NCBI GenBank assembly: GCA_963702475.1
Contig: CAVPCT010000005.1
Coordinates: 192,001 to 256,000, forward strand
Source: an uncultured Thermoleophilia bacterium
GTDB lineage: Bacteria > Actinomycetota > Thermoleophilia > UBA2241
DNA length: 64,000 bases
Direction of reading: 5' to 3'
Below, piece by piece: positions 8,770-18,183 of this stretch; within the stretch, counting starts at the first letter, position 1; each line of letters starts with the position of its first letter. The notes beneath the pieces are model-generated. The model made no database searches. It worked only from the letters and a program-made list of their open reading frames with translations, and was not told the origin of the DNA. The position numbers were made by a program, and so were the translations under genes.

Positions 8770-10161
8770 CTACCCGCGCCCCAGCCGGTGTGCGACGCGC
8801 ACGAGGGCCAGGGTGTCGAGGGCGCAGTACTCGAGGAGCGCCGCGCGAAGCTCCTCCCGGCGCTCGTCGCCCGTGCCGGGCGCCACGGCCTCGTGGTACG
8901 CCGCCTGCGCGGAGAGGCCGTCCTGCACGTCGCCAAGGCGCCCGTGGTGAAGGTCGGCGGCCACGGTGGGCAGGACCACCTTCAGCGAGTAGGACCCGTT
9001 CAGGGCCGGGTGGGTGTAGTGGTCGCGCGTGAGCCGCAGCAGGTCGACGAGGCGCCCGGTGACGGACTCGAGCCTCGGCGCCAGGTCCGGGAACATGGCC
9101 GCCATCTCCACCAGGCGCCACTTCTCGAAGTCGTGGTACACGAAGATGGGCCCCTCCGCGCCGACCGCGTCCAGCAGGGCCTCGGCTGCGGCGCGCATGG
9201 GCGGCCGCCCGCCGACGTCGAGGAACTCCCGGTGCGTCACGGTCCCGCGCGCGTTCTCGGCGTGGCACGACCACTGGAAGACGAGCTGCTGGAAGGGCCT
9301 GGTGCCCTCCCACGGCGGCACCGCGAACTGCACGGTCTCGAAGTCGAGGAAGTAACGCGGGTACGGCAGGGTGGCGAGGAACGCGGTGGCCGCCGGGTCC
9401 AGCTCTCCAAGCGAGATGTCGATGCGCTCGAGCTCGTCGTCGTCTTCGGCGTCCGGCTCGGGTCCCACGCAGCGCACCCTGCCCTCCTGGTCCTCGCAGC
9501 AGGCCACGAACGGACAGTCGAACGGACGGCGGCACTGGGCGCCCATGGCGATGGCGGGTCGTGGGCCCGCCAGCAGCTCGTTGAGGCCACGCACCCACCC
9601 CGGGATGTGCGCCGTGAGCGGCCGCGCCTGGTCGGCCACGGGGATCTCCCGCAGCAGGCCGCGATAGTCCCCGCCCCCCGGATAGACGAAGTCGGTGTCG
9701 ATGACTGCGACGCCGAGCACGTCCAGCGGCACGCCCGCTCCTTCCGTCACCCACGCCTGGATGGCGATGTCCTGCAGGTGGTACTCCTTGAGGCGGGTCG
9801 CCGACTTGACCTCCACCAGACGGTAGCGACCGTCCCTGCGCTCCAGGACATCGGCGCGTATCAGGACGCCGCGGTGGCGGAACGTGGCCTCGAACAGGGT
9901 GACGTCGCCCGGCTCGGCCAGCACACGTTCGGTCTCCGCGAGCGCGCGGCTCAGACCGCCGTCGCCGTCGATGAGGATACCGGGCCCGTAAAGCTCCCGG
10001 GCGACCTCGCCGACGTCGTGGCCGGCGGCGAAGCGCCGCTGGGTGTCGGCCGTGTAGGCCTCGAGTTCGGGGCGGTGGACGGCGAGCCACAGGCGCTTGC
10101 CGCACTGCAGGCCTGCGGTGATTCGGGACTTGGAGAGTCGGAAGGTACGCACTTGCGCCAT
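8770..10161 (-). CDS. DUF2779 domain protein (PD-(D/E)xK nuclease-like domain plus RNase H-like exonuclease domain)
   Basis: LSKS...CGKRLWL; ADVL...EVKS; LDFET...PF...FQWS...SYSLKVVLP...YCALDT. Confidence 0.85.
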   Translation of the reverse strand: MAQVRTFRLSKSRITAGLQCGKRLWLAVHRPELEAYTADTQRRFAAGHDVGEVARELYGPGILIDGDGGLSRALAETERVLAEPGDVTLFEATFRHRGVLIRADVLERRDGRYRLVEVKSATRLKEYHLQDIAIQAWVTEGAGVPLDVLGVAVIDTDFVYPGGGDYRGLLREIPVADQARPLTAHIPGWVRGLNELLAGPRPAIAMGAQCRRPFDCPFVACCEDQEGRVRCVGPEPDAEDDDELERIDISLGELDPAATAFLATLPYPRYFLDFETVQFAVPPWEGTRPFQQLVFQWSCHAENARGTVTHREFLDVGGRPPMRAAAEALLDAVGAEGPIFVYHDFEKWRLVEMAAMFPDLAPRLESVTGRLVDLLRLTRDHYTHPALNGSYSLKVVLPTVAADLHHGRLGDVQDGLSAQAAYHEAVAPGTGDERREELRAALLEYCALDTLALVRVAHRLGRG

Positions 10162-10171
10162 TCTACCTCTC

Positions 10172-10205
10172 CGGAGGACGGCGGGTCGGAGCCCGCCGTC
10201 CTCCG
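10172..10205 (-). terminator. GC-rich hairpin between a gene stub and the DUF2779 start
   Basis: 14-bp stem CGGAGGACGGCGGG/CCCGCCGTCCTCCG. Confidence 0.5.
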
Positions 10206-10212
10206 AAGGGTC

Positions 10213-10300
10213 TCAGCGCTTCACGATGACGGTGGCGGTCGCCGTCGCGTACCCGTCCTTCGTCACGGTGATCGCGATCTTGCCGGCCTTGGCAACCGCC
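10213..10300 (-). pseudogene. 3' stub of a secreted Ig-like/surface protein
   Basis: AVAKAGKIAITVTKDGYATATATVIVKR-stop with coding-like codon use but no start. Confidence 0.4.
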
Positions 10301-10361
10301 CTGCGCCCGCCCGGACACCGGGCATACAATCGGAGCGCACGCCAGCTCCCCGGGAGGTCCC

Positions 10362-11099
10362 ATGCCTGCCTCGCCCGATCCCAGCTCCCTGCTCGCCGCC
10401 CTCGACCTGCAGACGCCGCTCGTCGGACTGTACGACGCCCCCGATCCGGACGCGTTCGCGCCGCTCGTCGAGCCACCGCAGGAGGCGCGGCGCGGGCCCT
10501 GCCTGTTCCACTACTACCAGCGCTGGCTGAAGGCGGAGACACTGCACCTGACGCCCGACAGCTTCGGCTGCGGCGGCTGCGGGCGCAGTCTGTTCGGCAT
10601 CCAGGTGCGCGAGCGCGAGGATTTCATCGACTTCCTGTGGGGCGACGAAGGCCTGCGCGCCACGCGCGAGCAGATGGGCACGTTCGTGGACCACGCCCCC
10701 ACGTACTACGCGGAGCACGGACACGTGCTGGTCGGGCCGCTGCGGGAGGGGCAGGAGGCGTACCTGCGGTCGGTCACGTTCTGGGTGAACGCCGACCAGC
10801 TGTGCGTACTGCAGCACGGCGCCTACCACTGGCAGTCGTGGGGCGAGCCCGACCCGGTCACCGTGCCGTTCGGGTCGGGCTGTTCGCAGCTCGTCGCCTG
10901 CTTCCGCGACCTGGACGAGCCCCAGGCGGTGATCGGCGGCACCGACATCGCCATGCGCGACGGACTGCCGCCGGGTCTGCTGGCCTTCACCGTCACGGTG
11001 CCGATGTACGAGCGTCTCTGCACGCTGGGCGATGACAGCTTCCTGGGCAAGGGGTTTCTCGCGCACCTGCGGAAGGCGCGCGGCGGATCGCTGGGTTGA
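10362..11099 (+). CDS. DUF169 domain protein
   Basis: LQTPLVGLYD...CLF...GCGG...VTFWVNADQL...PFGSGC...AVIGGTDIAMR; GGAGG RBS. Confidence 0.8.
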   Translation: MPASPDPSSLLAALDLQTPLVGLYDAPDPDAFAPLVEPPQEARRGPCLFHYYQRWLKAETLHLTPDSFGCGGCGRSLFGIQVREREDFIDFLWGDEGLRATREQMGTFVDHAPTYYAEHGHVLVGPLREGQEAYLRSVTFWVNADQLCVLQHGAYHWQSWGEPDPVTVPFGSGCSQLVACFRDLDEPQAVIGGTDIAMRDGLPPGLLAFTVTVPMYERLCTLGDDSFLGKGFLAHLRKARGGSLG

Positions 11100-11152
11100 G
11101 CAGGGCGGGGCCCGGCCGTGAGGCAGAGGGTGCGCTCCGGTAGAATCAGGTC

Positions 11153-11449
11153 ATGACCCGCCGAGAAGCGCTCCGGCGCATCAACCGCAACCAGGACAAG
11201 CTGCGTGCGATGGCCGTGCGGCACATCGCCGTGTTCGGTTCCACCGCCCGCGACCAGGCCACCCTCCACTCGGACGTCGACCTCCTGGTGGAGTTCGAGG
11301 CCGAGGCGCACGTGGGGCTGTTCGCCTTCGTGCGCCTCCTGGATTTCCTGGCCGACGTCATGGACACGCGCATCGACCTGGCGACACCCGACGCGCTGCG
11401 CCCCGAGATGCGCGACGAGATCCTGCAGGAGGCCGTCCGTGCCTTCTGA
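11153..11449 (+). CDS. minimal nucleotidyltransferase antitoxin (MntA-like)
   Basis: FGSTARDQATLHSDVDLLV is the GS-x10-DxD motif. Confidence 0.9.
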   Translation: MTRREALRRINRNQDKLRAMAVRHIAVFGSTARDQATLHSDVDLLVEFEAEAHVGLFAFVRLLDFLADVMDTRIDLATPDALRPEMRDEILQEAVRAF

Positions 11450-11843
11450 GCCTCCGGCCGCGCCCGACCGCCGGCACGCGGCCCACCTGGAGCGAGAGAC
11501 CCGGCTCAAGTTCCGCGACTGGCGCTTCCGCGTGCGCGACATCCTCACCGCCGTCAGGGCCGTCGGCGCCTACACCCGGGGCATGACGTACGAGGAGTTC
11601 TGCGCCGACCAGCGCACCGTCGATGCCGTCGTCCGCAACCTGATGACCATGGGCGAGTCCATCCGCTGGATTCCCGAGCCCGTCCTCGACGACCACCCCG
11701 AGGTCCCGTGGCGGGTGATGCGCGCCGTGCGCAACGTGGTGGTGCACGAGTACTTCGGCATCGATTCACGCATCCTCTGGGCCACGGTGCAGCACGACCT
11801 GCCCCCGCTGGTGTCCAGGCTGGAGACCGTGCTGGAGTCGTAG
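11439..11843 (+). CDS. HEPN/DUF86 ribonuclease toxin (HepT-like)
   Basis: DAVVRNL..GE, RNVVVHEY (R-x4-H followed by Tyr); overlaps the MNT gene. Confidence 0.9.
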   Translation: MPSEPPAAPDRRHAAHLERETRLKFRDWRFRVRDILTAVRAVGAYTRGMTYEEFCADQRTVDAVVRNLMTMGESIRWIPEPVLDDHPEVPWRVMRAVRNVVVHEYFGIDSRILWATVQHDLPPLVSRLETVLES

Positions 11844-11882
11844 GCTTGCCGCCTGCGGCCGCCCGCCCCCTCCGACCCACCT

Positions 11883-12506
11883 CTACTTGAGCCTGAAGCT
11901 CAGGTCGGCGACGGCGAAGACCGTGGTCGTGTCGATCGTCCCCACGAGCGCCGACTGCAGAGCGACGGCGAGCTGAGGCGTGAGCCGGAACTGCGCGCCG
12001 CGGACGACGACCTGCTTGCCCGTCTTGAGATACCGCGCGCCATTGGCCGACACCATCACGTCGGCGCGCGTCACCGGCGCCCCGCCGATGGCGGCGTTCA
12101 GCACGATGCTGGAGGGCCCGTCGACGCGGGCCCGCAAGCCGGTCAGCGGCAGGGAGGCGCCGGTGGCGACGTTGACGAAGCGGAGGCCGCCCTTGTGCAC
12201 GAGCGTCCCCCGCCTGGCCGCGGGGTCGAAGCTGCCGCCGGCCGCCATGGGCACGCGGAACGACCAGCTCAGGGCGCCGTCCCACAGAAAGCGGAAGGTC
12301 GCCGGCGGCACGTCGATCACGGCGACGTCCTGCGCGGTGAGCGCCGCGACACGGGCGCCGGGCACCGTGAGCGTCGTCGCTCCGCTCACGACCTTCTGCC
12401 TGCCGGCGAAGGCGGGGCAGGCCCACAGCAGCAGCACGGTCACGGCTGTCGCGCCCAGCGCGACCGCCCTGACGGCCCGTCCTCGACTCGCGTGTGCACA
12501 GACCAT
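11883..12506 (-). CDS. secreted beta-rich protein, HtaA-like
   Basis: Signal peptide ending AFA; GTLVHKGGLRF segment resembling HtaA-like domains. Confidence 0.55.
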   Translation of the reverse strand: MVCAHASRGRAVRAVALGATAVTVLLLWACPAFAGRQKVVSGATTLTVPGARVAALTAQDVAVIDVPPATFRFLWDGALSWSFRVPMAAGGSFDPAARRGTLVHKGGLRFVNVATGASLPLTGLRARVDGPSSIVLNAAIGGAPVTRADVMVSANGARYLKTGKQVVVRGAQFRLTPQLAVALQSALVGTIDTTTVFAVADLSFRLK

Positions 12507-12676
12507 GCCGCCTCCCGTCGTCTTCGCCGTCCCTGGATGGCGGGTGCCCCCACGGTGCACCCCTAGCTGAGGCCTCGTCCGTCGCTCAGCGAGCGCCGCG
12601 GGCGTTCCGCCGCCCACGGCGTATACAATCGCACCTGTCCGCGGCGTCCGGTCCGCGGCCCGCAAGGAGTCCCCCG

Positions 12677-13674
12677 GTGCAGCCAGGCCCTTACGAGCAC
12701 GTCCAGTATGCCACGCTGGGCTGGAGAGCCGCTGCGGTCCTGGTGGACACGCTCATCGTCCTCGTGGTGTCGTCCGTCGTCCTGGCCCTGCTCATGGCCT
12801 TCGGCGTGTTCGACATCGGCTTCAGCGGCACGCCCACGTTCGACGAGATCGTGGACGTGAGCCGCTCCGCACCCGGGTGGATCACGCTGCTCGAGTACGG
12901 CCTCGTCTTCGTGTACTTCACGCTCTTCGAGCTCAGAGGGACCACCCCGGGCAAGCGCATCTTCAAGCTCAACGTGCTGACGGAGGAAGGCGCGCGCCCC
13001 TCTCCGGGTGCGGTGGTCGTCCGTAACGCCGTCCGCATCCCCGAGATGTACCTGCTGTACATCCCATCGGCCGTGTCGTGCGTCGTGAGCAGCCGCCGCA
13101 AGCGACTGGGCGACTACGCCGCGCGCACGGTCGTGGTCCGTCGCGTCACCTCACCCGTGCCGGTGCGCGCCGGCGGCTGGCCGCAGGCGTCCGCGCCGGC
13201 GCCTCCGGCACCCGCGCCGCCGCGCCGCCGGCGCCGCCGGCGGTACCGGACGCGGCGACGCCGGCCACGGCGGCGGCCGAGGACGTGACGCCGCCGGCCG
13301 GGCCACCACCGCTCGACGAGGCCGTGGCCGACCTGCGGAGCGCCGCGCTCGCGGTGCTCGGCGCACACCACCTCTACCTCAGGTTCTCGGAAGTGGAGCT
13401 GGCGAGAGGCGGCGGCGAGCACGCGGAGCTCTCCGATGAGTACGCCGCCGCCTGGTACTCCCTGGCCGACACCGTGATCGCCCTGCAGCAGGCCCACGCC
13501 GTCGCGCAGCAGGCCGCGGCGCGCGACGGCACCACGCTGCAAGCCGCGTGCGCCGGCCAGGCCGACCTGTCGCACCTCTTCCGCGAGCTCGAGCCCTACT
13601 TCACGGCCGGGTCCGACGACGAGGTGCACGAGGCGTATCTGCGGGTCGCCCGCGGGGAGACCCGGGACACCTGA
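12677..13674 (+). CDS. RDD family membrane protein with Pro-rich linker and helical C-terminal domain, frameshifted at ~13225
   Basis: YATLGWRAAAVLVD...TPGKRIFKL...RLGDYAARTVV; AAGGAG RBS; the C-terminal domain continues in another frame after a CCG-rich tract. Confidence 0.75.
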
Positions 13675-13769
13675 CCACCCCGCCTCCCCGGTACGGCGCC
13701 CCACTCCGTGTCCTCGGCGCCGCGGTGCGCTACGATGGGCGCCAAGGGGGTCGGGTGAAAGGGGTGGGC

Positions 13770-14867
13770 ATGACACCGGGCACTTCCACATCTCGCCGGC
13801 GGCGCGCGAGGACCATCCCGCGGCCGCGACGCTTCATCGTCCTGCCGGCGCTCGCCGTCGCGCTCTTCGCCACGTGCGCCGCGCCGGCTACGGCACGCCA
13901 GGATGCTGGCCGGGGCGCGCCGAGGGTCTTCCCCGTCTGCATCGAGATGGGCGGCCAGGCCGGACCCGACATCGCCGGCCGCATGGTCGTGTGGACCGAC
14001 AACCGCAACGGCCAGCTCGACATCTACGGCCGCAACCTGGGCAAGACCGCCGACTTCTCCGTCTGCTCCGCCGACGGCTCGCAGGACAACCCCAGCGTCA
14101 CGGCTTTCGAGGCCGGCGGCCGCACCCAGTACCAGGCGGTGTGGGTCGACAAGCGCCTCCACGAGAACGGCGACATCCACGGGCGCAACATCACCACGCG
14201 CAACGACTTCACCGTCGCGCGCAGCACCGCCTACAAGTGGTTCCCTGAGATCTGCGACCACTGGGTCGTGTGGCTGGAGGCGGTCGATACGGCCGGCCCC
14301 TACACGGTCAAGGCGCGCGACCTCACCGCCGGCAAGACCTACAAGGTGGCGGTGACCACAGTGCTCAGCAGCCTGGGTGTCTCTCACCGCACCGTGGACG
14401 GCGCCGAGGTGCACACCGCGGTCTACGCGTCTTCCGGGGGCAACATCAGCGGCCGCGACCTCCCCGACGGCGTCACGTTCAACGTCTCGCAATCGAGCGT
14501 CTTCGAGTGGAACCCCGACATCAGCGGCGACCGCGTCGTGTGGTGGCAGAGCGGAGAGAAGGTCCTGCTGCGCAACCTGAAGAACGGGAAGCGGACCCTG
14601 GTGGGCACGGGCTCGCGGCCGCGCGTCGACGGCGAGCTGGTCGTGTGGGACGGAGGCGGTCACGGCGGCGAGTTCGTCATCGACTACAAGGCCGGCGCCG
14701 CCGTCTACGTGCGCAACGTCGCTCGCAGCAAGAACGTGACGAAGATCACGCAGAAGGACCTCACCTGCCTCTTCCCCGCGGTGAGCGGCACCACGGTGGT
14801 ATGGGAGGCGGGGCCGGCACGACGCGTGCTGGGGCACATCCACCTCTACGGCGCGACTGTGCCCTGA
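13770..14867 (+). CDS. secreted beta-propeller repeat protein
   Basis: Signal peptide; repeated PDIxG..VVW.D.RNG..DIYG units. Confidence 0.75.
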   Translation: MTPGTSTSRRRRARTIPRPRRFIVLPALAVALFATCAAPATARQDAGRGAPRVFPVCIEMGGQAGPDIAGRMVVWTDNRNGQLDIYGRNLGKTADFSVCSADGSQDNPSVTAFEAGGRTQYQAVWVDKRLHENGDIHGRNITTRNDFTVARSTAYKWFPEICDHWVVWLEAVDTAGPYTVKARDLTAGKTYKVAVTTVLSSLGVSHRTVDGAEVHTAVYASSGGNISGRDLPDGVTFNVSQSSVFEWNPDISGDRVVWWQSGEKVLLRNLKNGKRTLVGTGSRPRVDGELVVWDGGGHGGEFVIDYKAGAAVYVRNVARSKNVTKITQKDLTCLFPAVSGTTVVWEAGPARRVLGHIHLYGATVP

Positions 14868-14921
14868 CGGTCGTCGCGCCCCGGCCGGCCGCAGCGCCGC
14901 CGGGCCGGCCTGTGCGCCCGC

Positions 14922-15090
14922 TCAGCCTTCGGGCTCGGGCGTGAACGCGAACCCGCCCTCCACCGCCCGCAGGCAGGCGGCTGCGACCTCGGGGCGGTAA
15001 TCCGCGCCGGCGCCGGCGCGCACCTCCTCGAGGGCGCCCTCCATGCCGAGGGCGGGACGGTAGGGGCGGTGCGAGCTCATCGCCTCGTGG
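14922..15090 (-). pseudogene. 3' stub of an HD-GYP c-di-GMP phosphodiesterase
   Basis: EAMSSHRPYRPALGMEGALEEVRAGAG..Y.PEVAAACL is the typical HD-GYP C-terminus; the HD and GYP motifs are absent. Confidence 0.7.
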
Positions 15091-15136
15091 GCGGAGCGCG
15101 GAGGCCGCGCGCGAAGCACGCGCCCGCGGGACGAGC

Positions 15137-16294
15137 TCACGGCCGACTCGCCAGGAAGGACTGGGCGGTCTCCATCCAGCCGGCGATGGCGATTCCCTGC
15201 GGACAGAGCTCCTCGCACTCGCGACAGGCCGTGCAGCGGTCGGCGCGCACCTCGTCCTCGAGCCAGCTGTACTGGAGGCGCTGGCGTGTGGGCTCACCGT
15301 ACCTGTGCGCGTCGTTCATCAATCCAAGGATCTCCGGGATGGCGACGCCCTGCGGGCACGGCACGCAGTACCGGCAGGATGTGCAGGGGATCGGGCTGAG
15401 CTCGCGGTAGACCTCGCGGACCTGCGCCACGATGTCGAGCTCCTCCGTCGTGAGCAGGCCGGGTCGCGAGCGGTCCGCGTACTCGAGGTTCTGCTCGACC
15501 TGCTCCATGGTGCTCATGCCGCTGAGCAGGAACGACACCTCCGGCAGGCTCCAGACCCACTGCAGGGCCCACTCGGCCGGCGACCGCTCGACGGGGGCGG
15601 CGTCCCACAGGGCCTGCACGCGCGGCGGCACGTGCTGCGCCAGCATGCCGCCGCGCACCGGTTCCATGACGATGACACCCATGCCGCGGGCGGCGGCCAG
15701 CTCGAGCCCGCGCCGCCCGGCCTGGAACTCCTCGTCCATGTAGTTCAGCTGGATCTGACAGAGCTCCCACAGGTCGGTCGCCTCGAGGACCTGCGGGAAC
15801 AGATCGGCAGTGCCGTGGAAGCTGAAACCGAGGTGCCGGATGCGTCCGTCGGCCAGGGCCCGCTCCGCCGCGGCCAGCTGGTCGTGCTCCAGCACCTGCC
15901 GCCAGTGCCGCTCGTCGATGCTGTGCAGCAGGTAGAAGTCGACGGCGTCCAGCTGAAGCCGCTCGAGCTGGGTCGCGAGCAGGCGGTCGAAGTCGCCGGC
16001 CTTCTGCACGTGCCACACCGGCATCTTCGTGGCCACCTTGACCTTGTCGCGGTAGCCGCCCCCGAGCGCCTCGCCGAGCCACGCCTCGCTGGTCTCGCCG
16101 TGGTATATCCAGGCGGTGTCGACGTAGTTGACGCCGCCGTCCACGGCCCGCCGCAGCATCGCCGTGGCCACGTCGTGATCGATGCGGGTGTTGTCGGGAC
16201 GCCCGTCGGGGCCCGCGCGCACCGGCAGGCGCATCGCTCCGAAGCCGAGCGCCGAGGGAGTGAAGTCGAGACTGCCGAACGTGCGGTACTGCAT
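15137..16294 (-). CDS. aldo/keto reductase with C-terminal 2x[4Fe-4S] domain
   Basis: MQYRTFG...LGFGAMRLP, DTAWIY, IVMEPVRGG, CTSCRYCVPCP and CTACRECEELCP. Confidence 0.92.
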   Translation of the reverse strand: MQYRTFGSLDFTPSALGFGAMRLPVRAGPDGRPDNTRIDHDVATAMLRRAVDGGVNYVDTAWIYHGETSEAWLGEALGGGYRDKVKVATKMPVWHVQKAGDFDRLLATQLERLQLDAVDFYLLHSIDERHWRQVLEHDQLAAAERALADGRIRHLGFSFHGTADLFPQVLEATDLWELCQIQLNYMDEEFQAGRRGLELAAARGMGVIVMEPVRGGMLAQHVPPRVQALWDAAPVERSPAEWALQWVWSLPEVSFLLSGMSTMEQVEQNLEYADRSRPGLLTTEELDIVAQVREVYRELSPIPCTSCRYCVPCPQGVAIPEILGLMNDAHRYGEPTRQRLQYSWLEDEVRADRCTACRECEELCPQGIAIAGWMETAQSFLASRP

Positions 16295-16405
16295 CGCCGG
16301 CATCCTACCGGAATCGGCCGCACGAGCGGTACGCGGGGGATGGCGGCGGCAGTAGAATCGCAGATGGGGATGCGAGGGGAGACCGCGTCGCGAGGAGGGC
16401 CGGGA

Positions 16406-17050
16406 GTGGACGGTCTTGATCAGCCACGGGCGTTCGAACGGGCGCTGTTGCGCGGCGACCGCGCGGCGGCGCGAGCCCTGCTGCGCGGCGACCTGAGCGC
16501 CGCCGACCCCGTCTCGGTCTCCGAGGCGGTCGTCGTCCCCGCGCTCGAGCACATCGGGGCGTCCTGGGAAGCGGGCGACATCTCCCTGGCCACGCTCTAC
16601 CTCAGCGGCGTGCTGGCCGAGGAGGTCGTCGCCGAGGTGCTGCCCAGCGCCCGGCCCGCCGCCGGGGGCACGCCGAGCATCGCCATCGTGGTCCTTGAAG
16701 ACCACCACGTGCTCGGTAAGCGCCTCGTGCTCTCGGCACTGCACTCAGCAGGCTACGCGGTCGAGGACTACGGCCACGGCCTGTCGCCGCGGGACATCGT
16801 GGCACGCTGCCGCGCCGAGGAGCCGCGCGTCCTTCTCGTGTCGACGCTCATGCTGCCCGCGGCCCTCAAGGTCCGCGACCTCGCCGACGCGCTCGCCGGC
16901 CTCGACCGGCGCCCGGCCCTGTTCGTGGGCGGAGCGCCGTTCCGGCTCGATCCCGCGCTCTGGCGCGAGGTCGGCGCCGACGGCGCGGGCCACAACTCGG
17001 CGGACGCGCTGCGCCTCGTGCGGAGCGTACTGGAGGAAGGGTACCGATGA
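16406..17050 (+). CDS. corrinoid (cobalamin)-binding protein
   Basis: Cap domain VVPALEHIGASWE; DHHVLGK is the DxHxxG motif; STLM, VGGAP; GAGGAGG RBS. Confidence 0.88.
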   Translation: MDGLDQPRAFERALLRGDRAAARALLRGDLSAADPVSVSEAVVVPALEHIGASWEAGDISLATLYLSGVLAEEVVAEVLPSARPAAGGTPSIAIVVLEDHHVLGKRLVLSALHSAGYAVEDYGHGLSPRDIVARCRAEEPRVLLVSTLMLPAALKVRDLADALAGLDRRPALFVGGAPFRLDPALWREVGADGAGHNSADALRLVRSVLEEGYR

Positions 17051-18090
17051 AGTCCGTCATGTCGCCCATGGAGCGCGTGCTCACCACGCTCCGTTGCACG
17101 GAGCCCGACCGCGTCCCCTTCTTCCTGCTGCTCACCATGCACGGCGCCAAGGAGCTGCAGGTGCCGCTCCCCGACTACCTGCGGAACCCCGAGCTGGTCG
17201 CCGAGGGCCAGCTGCGCCTGCGAGAGAAGTTCGGCCACGACTGCCTCGTCGGGGCGCCGTACGCCGCCGCCGACGTGGCTGCGTGGGGCGGCGAGGTCGT
17301 GTTCCGGGACGACGGCCCGCCGAACGCCGGGGAGCCGTTCATCAAAGATGTCGAGGCCATCCGCACGCTGGAGCCGCCGCCCATCGAGGGCAACCCGGCT
17401 GTGGCCGCCACCCTGCGCGTCATCGAGCTCCTCGCCCAGCGCTCCCGCGACGTCCCCATCGTCGGCGGTCTGGTGGCCCCGTTCTCGCTGCCCGTCATGC
17501 AGCTCGGCTTCGAACAGTACCTGCTCCTGATGACCGGCCGGCCGGACCTCTTCGAACGCCTCATGGCTGTCAACGAGGACTACTGCGTCGCGGTCGCCAA
17601 CGCGCAGCTGAAGGCCGGCGCCACCGCCGTGGCGTTCGCCGACCCGGTGGCGTCCACCACGATCGTCGCGCCCCAGGTGTACCGCGACGTCGCCGGCCGC
17701 ATCGCAGCCCGCACAGTCGCCCGTGTCCGCGGCGGGGTCGCGCTCAACGTGGCCGCGGGACGCTGTCTGGAGATCATCCCGGACATGGTGCGGACCGGGG
17801 CGGTGGCGATCCACGTCGGCCCCGACGAGGACCTGGCCGACCTCAAGCGCGCCGCCGGCGGCGACGTCGCCCTGCTCGGCAACCTCAACGGCGTCACCAT
17901 GCGTCACTGGACGCAGACAGAGGCAGAAGCCGAGGTCAAGAAGGCGCTCGCGGCCGGCGGTCCGGGCGGCGGTTTCGTCCTGGCCGATGGGCACGGCGAG
18001 ATCCCCTTCCAGGTGCCCGACGAGGTGCTGTTCGCCATCGCTGAGGCCGCCCGCACCTGGGGCACGTACCCACTGGACTGGGCGACGTGA
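17047..18090 (+). CDS. uroporphyrinogen decarboxylase / MtaA-CmuA methyltransferase family protein
   Basis: MSPMERVL...PDRVP, PFSL, DPVAS, LLGNLN, GGGFVL; overlaps the corrinoid gene. Confidence 0.88.
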   Translation: MKSVMSPMERVLTTLRCTEPDRVPFFLLLTMHGAKELQVPLPDYLRNPELVAEGQLRLREKFGHDCLVGAPYAAADVAAWGGEVVFRDDGPPNAGEPFIKDVEAIRTLEPPPIEGNPAVAATLRVIELLAQRSRDVPIVGGLVAPFSLPVMQLGFEQYLLLMTGRPDLFERLMAVNEDYCVAVANAQLKAGATAVAFADPVASTTIVAPQVYRDVAGRIAARTVARVRGGVALNVAAGRCLEIIPDMVRTGAVAIHVGPDEDLADLKRAAGGDVALLGNLNGVTMRHWTQTEAEAEVKKALAAGGPGGGFVLADGHGEIPFQVPDEVLFAIAEAARTWGTYPLDWAT

Positions 18091-18183
18091 GGGCGCGGGC
18101 CCGCGAGGGCCCCGCCGCGCCCCGCTCCGCGCACGGTCTGCTACACTCTGCCGCGCCGCCGCCAGCTGCGAAGGAGTCTCCCC

